Assembly (NCBI GenBank): GCA_977030845.1
Contig: OZ365112.1
Location: forward strand, 21,142,001-21,206,000
DNA: 64,000 bases
Direction of reading: 5' to 3'
Source: Fimbriosthenelais zetlandica
Taxonomy: Eukaryota
Below, piece by piece: positions 1 to 12,000 of this stretch; the first letter of the stretch is position 1, and each line of letters opens with the position of its first letter. Both the position numbers and the translations under genes were made by a program. The notes below the pieces were generated by a model that was given only the letters and a program-made list of their open reading frames with translations, did not search any database and was not told the DNA's origin.

Positions 1-354
1 CACCCCCGAATTTTATAATTTCCCTTAAACCAGCGACACTTACATTATATGGCCACCGATGGTTGATTTTCCAGCGTCTGTTACAAAAAAAGAAAAATGG
101 CAAAATATATTAGAAAGCTCCATAACATATGGGAAGGTAAACTCCCGTAACATGTATCAATAAAGGTTTTTGAACCAAATATTGAATAGGACAGGTGCTG
201 TCCTATTTCCAGGAGTACAAATATGGCACAAAGTTTGAAATCGCTGAACTTAGGGTCCTCTAGGATCTAAGAAACATGTAATCATATCAACTGAGACAGA
301 GGGTCTAATGAACAGTCACACTGACCAAAAACAAAACAAATATTTCACACTGAC

Positions 355-2688
355 CTACATGACCAATGAAGACGATATTGACATGTCGTTTTTTCTTCTT
401 GCTCTCAGTTTTTGCTGGTTTCGCTTTCTTGACTTTGGTTGGTACAGCTGAGGATGTCCCCGATGACTCGGTCTCCATACTTTCACTGCTATCATCTTCC
501 TCATCCTCATCCATGTCTCCACCCCCTCCGTCATCGGCATTACTTCCTCCACTGCTCCCATTCTCTGCCCAATCATCTGAAAAGTGTTAGATTAATATGT
601 AGAAAATCCAACAAAATTGAATTCATTATTCCACTTCAAATTCCTATGGAAGATGACCTCATTATTCCCATTTTTAAAGAAAGAATAAACCTCTACATAA
701 CTACTCATTTTCCATGCAATTAACTGAGTTGAATTAAATTAGTGTAGGTGCAATGCATCTAAAGATAAAGTTACATGGCCGAATGACCCACATTGACCTC
801 ATTAGGAAATTGTATAGTCACATAGTGATGAACATGGCCCGGGGAAATGGACTGTTCTAGCTACATGTACATGTATAGTGCAGTTCTTACCTGGTGGTTG
901 TTGTTCACTTTCTCCTGAAAAAGAAATAAGAAATTCCTTTACTTATGAAATCAATAAGAAAATTCGGAAATTCTTTAAAAAAAAGTTTCGAAATACATTG
1001 ATGCTTATTTATGAACATACATAGTAACATACGTCCATACTTCATAGATATCAACAGTTTAAACCAACATTGGACGAGTGTAAAGACATTGAAACGAAGT
1101 AAAAATAAAAGATGTGGATAACTAAATAATTTCGTACAGTACACAGACCGTGAGACGAGATAAAGAATGATGGTTCTAAAACTAAGTGACAGTGCAGTAT
1201 AAAACCATAACATCCTACTTTTCTAGCCTAAACAAATTGATCTATTTAATCCTTTTCTGTTTTCTAAAATATCTAGATATAAAATCTTAAAACATCAGTG
1301 ACTAAGACTGAATAAAGTCAACTTTCTAGCACATGAACAAAAATGACAACAGCAACTTTAACATCTCAAGGATAAATATACCTTGAGATTCCTCTGCGTC
1401 CATTGTTTCCTCAGCTGGAGCTACTGAAAAGTTTTAAGGCAAAACATAAGCATATGGTCTTATAATTATTGGCCCATCTCTACCACTATGCCAACACTAT
1501 AAATGACACACAGTGATCCGCAATTATTGAGGTCAGCATTACATTACCTAAATGACAAAGTGCCCGCCCTTCTTCACATAGATCCACATTGCACAAGCAA
1601 GTTAAGCTGTGTGTTATATACTGAATTCTTCTTGCACAATAATAGGCCTGTTCAATACTTGTGGACTACCGTACTACTAATTGTTGTGCAAGCAATATGG
1701 TAGTACCACAAGTGGTGACAACCTCCATCCATGTGATCAAAATATATAGAGTAGGACAATTTAGGACATTCTCTGATAGGCCTACAATTTACTGCTCATG
1801 AACTCCTGCTGACAAACCATGACTTGATATTATAATCATTGAACCATGACTTTTTCACTAAGTCTAAGTTTCTGAAGATTAGTAGGGTAGGCCTACCTGT
1901 CGGAGACTGTCACCCTTTAAACATCCTAAACTAAATTATGATCCCAAACTACATAATAAATATTTAGCCCTGATGTAGGTAAATGTTATTTATGTAGTGA
2001 CGGTTCTAACGAGATGGGATCCATGTGGGATACGCAAACATGCCTGCATACAAATAACATGTTGCTATTTCATGGTATCACTGTCAGAAGAGGCAGAGAA
2101 GAGGGGGGTCACCAACCGTGACAGCAGAACAGCAGCATGATCTCAAACTCTCAGAAAGACTATATTTATCTTGATCCAACCCCAATAAACAAAGAACCCA
2201 CGATCCATGTAGCTAAGTATGGGTGGCAATGGTGTCTCTGAAAGCCAGGAGAAAGCCGTGCATGCTACTCAGGTAGGAGAGAATGACTCAGGAAACAGGT
2301 TATACCAAGTGTCAGCCGGTCTCGGGATATGGGAGTCGCCATTTTGTTCACGTACTCCATCATAGACAGCCACATGTGATCCCTGTAGTACTAGTTCTCA
2401 TATGAGAATTAAAATAGAATTCACACCCAGACAACATCCCAAACCCGATCACCTTCAAGAGAATTGACATTCTGATTGTTAAAGCTTACCAGGGCTCATG
2501 TTTGTTGTATTTGAAGGCACGAAAGCAGGAGCGTAAGGGTTCTGTCCGGGAATGAATGGAGGGGCATTCACGTTTAGTCCGGCCAAGGTTTTCGCTGCTT
2601 CCACCATAACATCTTGATCTCCCGATCCGCCGTCAGATTGCTGTTCCCACGATTCGGGAGGGTTGTCGCCGTTGTCCTGTGGCTCCAT
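355..2688 (-). CDS. GSPT1: Eukaryotic peptide chain release factor GTP-binding subunit eRF3, 5' partial (coding exons 2490-2688, 891-914, 355-576; gene continues off the left edge)
   Basis: Exon 1 encodes the overlapping PAM2 motifs LNVNAPPFIP and NPYAPAFVP. Exon 3 encodes an acidic linker, then KKKRHVNIVFIGHV-G|, i.e. the start of the eRF3 G domain, with HVD split by the intron. All introns are GT-AG, phase 1, and the spliced frame is open. Confidence 0.93.
891..914 (-). CDS. GSPT1: 24-nt microexon of eRF3 (G-ESEQQPP)
   Basis: tttttcag|GAGAAAGTGAACAACAACCACCAG|gtaaga on the minus strand; phase 1-1, frame-preserving between exons 1 and 3. Confidence 0.75.
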
Positions 2689-2779
2689 TTGTTGTCTTGT
2701 GAGTTTCTAGGGAAATTGAGACGGGTCCACAGAGTTTAACCCAGATGAAACGATTCCCTACCCTAAACCGCGTGTTGGC

Positions 2780-3090
2780 TGTACGTGTGACGTCACGAAC
2801 TCTGTGCTCATTCGGGAGCCGCCGGAGATGGCCGGAGATAGCCGAAGCACACGATGTGGGGAGAGTCGCCATCTTGTGAGTAAACTAGGAACTAAACTAT
2901 ACAGTCGGCATCGATGGTCCCCGGCACATGGTGCTTGACGGTATATCATGCGGGGAGAGTCGCCATCTTGTGAGTACTGAACCAACTAAACTATACAGCA
3001 CCGCCCGCACATGATGTGGCGAGAGTTGCCATCTAGTGAGTAAACTAGGAACTACCTCCCGGCTCCACTACAAGATCCAAGATGGCGATC
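2780..3090. promoter_or_regulatory. eRF3 promoter: CRE palindrome TGACGTCA (2788-2795), three ~50-bp repeats carrying GCCATCT(T/A)GTGAG, and an AAGATGGCG YY1-type site near 3079
   Basis: CpG-rich segment directly upstream of the eRF3 ATG; motifs read directly from sequence. YY1/CTCF assignment is by consensus similarity only. Confidence 0.6.
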
Positions 3091-6000
3091 ACCTTTCTAG
3101 GCCTAGGCATAGATAATAGTAGGAACTATGGCCTAGGCTACTGGCATGTGGGCTTACGGACTTCACTTGGACGGAAACAAATGAGAGTAGGTCTACCGGT
3201 ACTCGGTAGGCCTAACGTTAGGACAAAATTAATTTCGCCCGACACTGTCTACAGGGTCTCTGGTCGAGAATGGATGGAGAAAGAGCTTCCGTTCTTCTCA
3301 AGTTCCCCCGTTGTCCGCTCGGGGGCGGCCGAGGCCTAGCACCAGGCCTACAGCCTACTGTCAGACCTGAGTTAGGCGCTTGTGAGTCACACAGGTCGCC
3401 AGGAGATAGTCTAGGCCTGTATGAGACATTGCCCAAAGATGTGTGATAACCCTAGGTCTATGGTAGGCTTCCTGGTCTAGAACTGCTGGCCTAGAACTGC
3501 AGGGCTAACACATGGTTCTAAAAAATGCTTGTTGGACACTGTGAGATAGGCATAGGACCTATAAGCCTAATAGGCATGATGATCGGAAATAGGCTAGACT
3601 GGTAGGTACTTGCTGTTAGGCCACATAAAACAATATATTTGTTTCAATTAGCGATTGGCGTGGTAAAAAAAAATATTTTGTACAACTTGCGCAACAAGGA
3701 ACTCCGACCTGAAGATTGGGTTTAGGCGCTAAGCAAACTTTGTAGTGTTTTATGTGGTCTTAGTTAAGTATTTAGAAAGTAAGGACTAACATTTAGGCTA
3801 AGCTACCTTAAGGATGTTGGAGCTGTAGGGTTTTATACAGCCTAAACCAAAAAAAAACTTGATAAATAATAGCCTACATTTATAATTAGTGAAAAAATAT
3901 ATATTATTTAGCAAACATTTGTAGGCTAGACCTAGGGATCAATGACGTCACTCGCACTGCCAGTGAGGAATAAATGCTGGACCTAATCCTCTCTATTGGC
4001 AGCAATGGAGTGATTAGGCCCATAGGCCCTATTTACCAAAATATTCTATACCGGTACCGGGTAGGCCTATATTTTTTTCACCAACACTAATGTAGGCCAA
4101 ACAAATCCGTTTTTTTGTTTATTAGGCCTACATGATAGGGGCCTTAGGCCTACTAGTGTTTTCTTCCACTTTAACTTTCCGTCCTAGGCTAATATATTCA
4201 TATTATAACGCTGCAAATAATTATATTCTTTCAAATATGTACAAAACTTTATTATTGCTGATCTATACAAAGTGATAATATTGTAGTCCAACCTTATTAA
4301 AACATCAAATATCCACGTTTAGTGTCAGCACAAATACTATATTTTAATAATACATTCAATGAAAGTTCTTGTAAACCTGTGAAGTATATAATCATGCCTA
4401 GATTCTCAACAGCGGTGACAAAAAGTTTAAATCAATATTTATCTAACTTGAAAGAACTAATCTCCCGATATGTTTCACTGGTGATGGTTTTTTTTTTTTT
4501 GCACAAGTTGCCTATAGATTCTGCTTCAGCGCAGATTACATTGCTAAATATGAGTGTGATTTCGATCAAAATTAATTTGATCAAATTTAATTATTCAGGA
4601 AGCTCTCAGTCTCAGCTACAGTTGAGTGCACGTCTAATAATCTCATGTGTGTTAACGTGTTCAACCGACAGGTGCAGGAAATATATATGTAACAATATCA
4701 TTGTGATATACATGATACAGAAATATATATACAGTATACAGTCAGTGTATATACACTATTAATTTTAGGCTAATTGGGATATTATGAACCGGAAGCATTG
4801 GATTATATAGATTTAAGACTCCGAGAAAGACATAATCTTTATATATAATACCATATTCTTAAAATTTGGATTTCACAATGATGTACAGACAAACTTGTGC
4901 AGAAGTCTCTGCGTTTAAATTACGATACACATGGCAATCACTTTTCCATGCCCATAAAAAATGTAGCAGAGATGAAACGTATTTTGGCTTCATTCCTGCA
5001 ATGATCATCCCGCTCAAAGTATCCATTACATGTTGTCATCGTCATCAATGGTGGAAGTGAGTCGGCGTCTGCTATTGGGACTGAGTTTCAATTCTTTTGT
5101 AAAAATATTCAGAAGGCCTAATTTCATGAATCATCTACTCTCTGAATCCAAGGAAATGGATCCAGAGATATGATAGGTCTACAAGTCCCTGTATTTTCCT
5201 ACCTTGAATACCATATTACATGTAGTCTATCAATGTTAATTGACCAAACTTTCATAGTCTAATATACAGTGCTTTCCTATTCAATGATATTGCTATACAG
5301 TCGAAATTTGATGACAAATTTAATGAACAAAAACTATTTCTCTTCCCGCCCACCTATTTTAATGTATTACACTATTGAAACGCATCCTTGTGTTTTGCCA
5401 CTAGGCTATAGATCTATAACCACTAAGGAAGGCTGTGATTTTTTCCCCACATGCTTACATATATAGAGTCATTTTCAAGAACATGTTCATATATATTTTT
5501 TAATATATAAACACGTACATATAGTAGTATCACAGTGCTGAGAAAAACCACAAACAAATTAAACTAAGACTGAACAAGATGTCAGTTTTCCTTAATACTT
5601 TCTGGTCCCTCTGATCTGTCCTGGATCAACGAACCTGTACAAAACCTCCCTATACCTAGATTTGACTTAAAACTCTGTGCATTGTGAGTAGGATGATTAG
5701 TCATTCATCCATAACATTTTGACCTATAATATAGGTGGAAGAAACATGAAAATTGACATTATTGCAACCATCGTGAACTTGAATCAACTGAAATATTAAT
5801 TGCATATAAGGCCTACAAGAAGCCTATAAGGCTTATGAAATACCTTTTGGAAAAGTCACAGCTTTATAGAGTCAACTTCCGGTTATCTAAAAGAAGAAAT
5901 GATTATGCATCGTGATATATATTGCTTTCTCTGACCACATCCAGTTCTTGGTGTTGTCTTCAATACTCCAAAGGCTGATCAGCTTCAGTATGTCATACGT

Positions 6001-9000
6001 AACATGGTGAATAATCCAATCATAAACATCCATTTCCATTCCGAAAAAAACCCTTCTCCACTACCATGGCCTACATTTACAGTAAGTCTGTGATTGGTAC
6101 CACAGATCACTTCTGATATTAGATTCCTAGCATTAAAAAAATGTACACCCTTCGCAGGCAAGTATTAATTATTAAAATGCAAAGCAAATTATCCTTCCTG
6201 AGGGATGAGAAACATTCCATCAATGTGCGTACAGATCCATTGCCTGTAATTTGAGAGATTAAAACCTGCTTCAGCAGTTAGCAGATGTAATATTGATTCC
6301 AATCATATGAGAATACACGAACGTGAGTTCTTCACATTCCTTGATTTCTTGAATGACTGTGACCAGAAAGTTATAAACCAAAAACACTGATGTCAGAGCC
6401 ACAGTGATATGTTGCTTTCTGGGTTGTTCAGGGCCCAGTCGTTGTTGTCATAAAACATAATGTGACATCATTTTGGACGTCATGATACCTTGCATAAACC
6501 TAATTTTTATGGATATCACTTGAAGCTGCTTTCAACGTCAAATCAGTTAGTAACATTCCATCAAAATGGCAGCCAGCAAAGCACCTCCTGGTAAGTTGGC
6601 ATGTGTTCCAGAATGGTCGACAATGATGCTTCATCGCGCCTTGTCTCATCACAGAAGTCAGCGAGTAGGGTATCGCATGATCAACAAAATGTGTGACATC
6701 ACTGAGGCAGTTGGTGATGTCACAAGTGGAGTTATTGCTATTGTTGGGGTATTGGAGTTGTGCTGCTGCTGTCATTTTGCCTGCGGGTTGGAGGAGGCTG
6801 AGTGTTGAGAGGAGGTTGGGCTGTGGTGCTTAGTCCATTCATTTTCCTCACTGAAATATATCAGAAGAGACATATTATCAACAATGATTAATAGAGAATT
6901 TCATATTTCTGAAGGAAATAACACTTAAATACTGATACGTAATCTACTGAAGGACTGGTTAAACGGCCTCATAAACATGGATTAATTCTGATAAAGGCTT
7001 CGAAGCATGTCGGAAGTCCTAAATTCAGAAAACTCATTGATCTGCGTTTCCAAACCCCACTCTTTTCTGGTCAATAGCAACCTGTCTGTCGTTTCCCCCC
7101 CTATTTAACCTGTCCATTTATGGCTCAGCTGAAGAAAAGGGGATTTCTGAAGCCATGGCCTCAATTGAACACCTTGTGCTAGCTTCCAAGCTTGGTCTTT
7201 TTTTCTTCTGAAATCTGAAGTCATCAAAAGTCATCCCTTTTGATTGGTATTTGTATGGGTCAGACCCTAGGCATAGTAAAGTGTAGTATCCTCGATACCT
7301 GTCATGTAGTGTCCCTAGAACGATTCCTTTAGTATGAAATGACCAGGGAAAACCTTACACCAAGGCGGATGAGCGGAAATAGGCGAGAATATGCACGGAA
7401 ATAGGCAGGAGAGAAGAATAGAAACCTTCCCTCGCCACCCACTGTGACCTGAGAAAAGAAACCCCCTCAACCAGAGGCTCGTTAAAGCACCCTCATTCCG
7501 GAAGTCACTATCAAATACTTTCAGCTCATCTGTGAAGAACAGACAAACACACTATTCACATTATTGGAAATGATAGATAACAGACATGTAATTTCATATG
7601 CTCTGTTCTTAAATCCAAACATGGCCACCAAGAGTAAACATTCATTGTATAATTGGATGCCCTTTTGGGTCATTAATAGCTCCGGAGTTCATTGATTAAT
7701 GAAGTCTGTAGATCTAGGCCTAATATGAACATGTATGGAGGAGGGTTTGGTACGTGTGAAGGCGGATTGTTTGGTTGATGGTCGGGAAGGTTGATGTTTC
7801 AGCTCTCATCTTGAAGAAGCGGATATTTGGCGCCCTCACCCGGACACCAGCCATAACCCTGTCATCAATAAATAACATGAGTACATGGATCCTCCAGCAT
7901 TATTAGATCGGCCGGCCCGCCTCCAGCTCCTCCCCTCCAGGGATTCACCTCCAGCTATGAGAATGAGCCACTCAGCACATTACAGCGCCGCCTATAAACG
8001 CCTGGCTCCATCCCTCCTATCACCAACATCATTCTTCCTCCCTGTTGAGCAATAACAACTAAATTCCAATTCATCAAGGACATCCTCACTCTTCCAACCT
8101 CCATTATAATAGGTCTACATCAGTCTTCATAAAACACATGTTCCTGTAATACCTATCATAAACATTTAATTCGGTGTTTATGATTTCCTGTTTATGGATT
8201 GCCTTTCAAGCATGGATGTCTTGTTTAAACTGAGTTAATTTATCTTCTACTCATCTGTTGCTTCAAGTAACACCTTTTATAACACGTTCTCTGCTTTTGT
8301 CCCCCCCCCCCAAAGAAAAAAGGGGGCGGGGTCGATCGGAGCCCCCGAACCCACCCGCCCCTGATTGTGTGATACGCGTTATATTGCATCATGATGTGAT
8401 AGTATAGCCTAAGTAGGATTGGATTGGGGGTTCTCCTTCGGGAAATATTCCCTATGGGTTGGAGCATATTGCATGTTACATGCCATGCTATGGCCACTTG
8501 TTAAGACATGCATTGATTCTCAGATGTATGGGGTTCGAGCCTGGCCTGAGGTCATACATTACTTATTAGAATACCTCCAACACTGCCTTGGAATGTCCAG
8601 TGTGCCGCTGACTCATTATGAACGTGTTGTCAAATAGAATATTATATTGTTTGTGACATTTACATCTGCACTCTTTTCAGTTAACTTAATGTCATTTATA
8701 GTCATGAATGTATTTCTTATACTTCGTTGCATCACCTTCGTGCATCTCAGCACAACACACAGTTTCATCATAGCTTCCTGTTACTAGGTTTCTGACTCCT
8801 GAGGATTATTTTTCCTCCCCTCTCAGTCTAGTTGAACACACTGACTTCATATTGAAAAGCGATATACATCCTCTAAGTAGAACAAATGTCCTCATTTCTG
8901 ACTCTTTTCCACTGCCTCAGTCACGTGTTCATCTGCTTAAACTGCCACTGGGAATAATCTAATAGAAGGCCCTCTTTGTTCTGCAATGGGATTTGTTCCA

Positions 9001-12000
9001 AGTAGACGCCAAGCTCCAACCCATTTCCCAATCCACTGACAACAAAAGCTGAAGAGATAGGAAGGTTAGATGAAGGCCTACCTCAATGAATTCAATTTAT
9101 ATGAGGGTGTTGTGGGTGTGTTTTAAAGTAGAAGCAGTTACTGAGGTACAATCATGACAATGTAGCCGGGGTTAGACCTTGTTTCGTGCAGTGATGGCTC
9201 CATATTGTCGGTTCAATCAGCCATGGATTCTAAATGTACTTATCATGTCTCGAAACACTGTCATTCATTCAAAAATGTGGGGCTACAGTAAGCAGAATGG
9301 GTTTACCCTGATTTGTGTAGTGATAACTCTAAATAATTTATTCAAACTGAAGATTGACAATCCTTATTTGCCAGTCAATTTGAAGAGACATATCTACTTG
9401 TTAGAAATTACGGCAATCGTTCAGTAAATAATATTGCAACATCATCCATTTGAATTTAATATAACTGCGTTGTAATTGCCCAATCCCGACCAGATAACAC
9501 AGATCCCCACTTGAGCCAAAGGAGCCCACAAACACGTGCTGCCCCCATCGGCAGACACTGACATGAAATGGGCAAGTGCAATCATTGGGTATCAACCACA
9601 TGGTGGGCGCTGATAAGAGGCGATCAAATAATAATCCTACCAGTGTGTAATCTGTCAGTTTCTATGGTAACTCTCCCATTGTGATTTCCTCCTTCCATGG
9701 TTGCAACTCAATGCCGAAGGACTATGTACCAGCCAGTGGGGTTCAATAGAGTGTCTGAAGCCAAGTTGACGGATGGGGAGAGGATGGAAAGGGGCTGAGT
9801 GGATGTTCTGGAGGATGATTTTTAGCTTGGGAGTTGTGTATTGTCTAGAGGGCAGCGATTGATCTCATGTGATGATGTGGCACACAATAGGGCCATGTCT
9901 GAGATTGAGGAATGGAGAGAGTGGGGGGTTTGGCCTATTCGCCTATCAGCCCTTTATTGATTCCTTTGCCCTCTGTGAAGCCAGCTTTAGTACGGGGCCA
10001 ATGGTTACGTGTACGGTACATGTTCAGGCATGGTGCTTGGATTCCCTTTTCTATAAATAGAAGTGCAATGACTTGGTCAACATGCAATATGTTGGTGTAC
10101 TCAACTCTTAAAATATTTCCTTGGATTTCCTTAAAACCTTTTCTTATTCAAATGAGCACCGTATTTTTTCAATACCTTCATAGATATAGACCCTTATCGA
10201 TATTGATTGTGAAGATGAGAATTGATAATATTATCAATTGACCAAAAGATAACATGGGATTGATAGAAAAATATCTGCTCAATGAAATTGTAAGCGTGTG
10301 CAGAGGGACTATAGTGGGTTTCCTGCCTCGGCAACACGCTCTTTCTCATTTGGTTAAAAACTCCTGGCAGTGCCTCTCCACTGCTGTAAATACTTAATGA
10401 CTGGCCGTCATTGGTTAATGAGATAACGAAAAGCCTGATTACCTTGATAAATCTAAGGCTTTTCTCCCTTTCATTCCACATCACTCTGAAAATATACCAC
10501 ACACCTTAAGACCAGCAAAGTTTACCTGACTACATGTACTTTGTGATTTACTTAAAGGATTTAGCAAAAATGCAAATTCCTGAATTCGTGAAGACCATTA
10601 AAATTTTATTATCAGACTTTTCTTCCGACCTGGTCTGACTGGTGTGTATATACATGTTATGCGTTTGTACCCTCATTTACATACCTGGAGGTTCTTCCTA
10701 CCAAAAACAGCTGGATTTTTTGCATGTCATTTGTCATAATTCATAAATACAATAATGGTATCTATTATAAGATTGCTATATCTCAAATCGTTTGCACCTC
10801 GAGCAATGTAAACATCCTTAGTAGAGTTGATCCCCCAAGGGGTCTTTTCTCAAGGGTTACTTTTCCCACTGTTCATTGCTAATCATTGAGGCTGTATATA
10901 TAGGCCCCATGGCTCAGTAGCTCTAAGTGCACCCGATAGCGACCACTACATCATGTACATATACCCCGGGGGAGACTGATGAACATCTCCCTTCCATAAT
11001 GTAAGGGGTGCCAAGCAGGGTGATGGCATAAACATACAGCCATATTTTTCAACACAGCCATGCTGTTGAACCTTTACAAAAGAGCCCCAGGATACCCCTG
11101 GTCATATCTATCCTGTTATATTTTTTCTGCACAATTTCTTTAGCCATGGGTGGAAATAAATTACATGAAGAGATTTATAAACTAAGGGGCCTGGTGTCAT
11201 TTTGATGGAGAGCCTGAGGTATACAGATACTAACAGGTTCATCTGGTAAGTCTCACCCCATCCAACAGGCTGTATGTGATGCCTCCCAGAGCAACGATCT
11301 AACACACCTGTTCCTTCATATATGTAACAGGTGGATATGGCCTGGACCTCTTTTCTTGTCATGAGCTTGTTTTTTTCTCTGATGGTCTGGATTTTGCCAA
11401 CTTAGTCTGTAACCAAAGTTATACGTGGTACAAATAATAGAGTTGGCACTGTTTACAGCATCATCTACTGGCTAGACTTGTGCATGAACATGAGTGAGAC
11501 ATCAGATAGGTCCATTTTCAGCCAATATTTATATTTACCTCATCATGGAAAGCTCATCAATTAAGCTGCCTTAGAGCAAGGTCTGGGCCGGGCTAGTCAA
11601 TACAGCAATACAGATTATTTTAATTATTCTAATAAGAGATTTACATGATTTATTATGTGGAGTAGCCAAAGCCACCTGACCATGAGTCAAGCCTGCTGTT
11701 ATCCAGCTGAACCTTCATACCCTAATGGAACTAATATACCTAGTGGTGCTGGCTATAGTATGACATGGGTCGGCCTTGCTAAGCCCGCTAATTACGTTAA
11801 CATGAGTGTTATTGAGTACCTGCCACTGCAGCCTCCTCCTCCCTATACCTCCCACTCCTTTCTCCCCTCCCCCATCCACCCTTTACAACAACCAACCATC
11901 AATGCCATTGCCAATATAGCCTCTCTCTTCCTGGCAGAAATAAATTACTGAAATTTATAATCTCTCACTAAAATGTAAGCAACAATTTTCAAGTTGCTAT

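Noticed and set aside
4322-4762. 146-aa ORF in AT-rich sequence
   Set aside because: TTG or other non-ATG-type start in low-complexity AT-rich DNA, no recognisable motif or splice support.
10443-10485. 43-nt minus-strand exon-like segment (VMWNEREKSLRFIK) with good splice sites
   Set aside because: No compatible neighbouring exons give a sustained ORF; may be chance.
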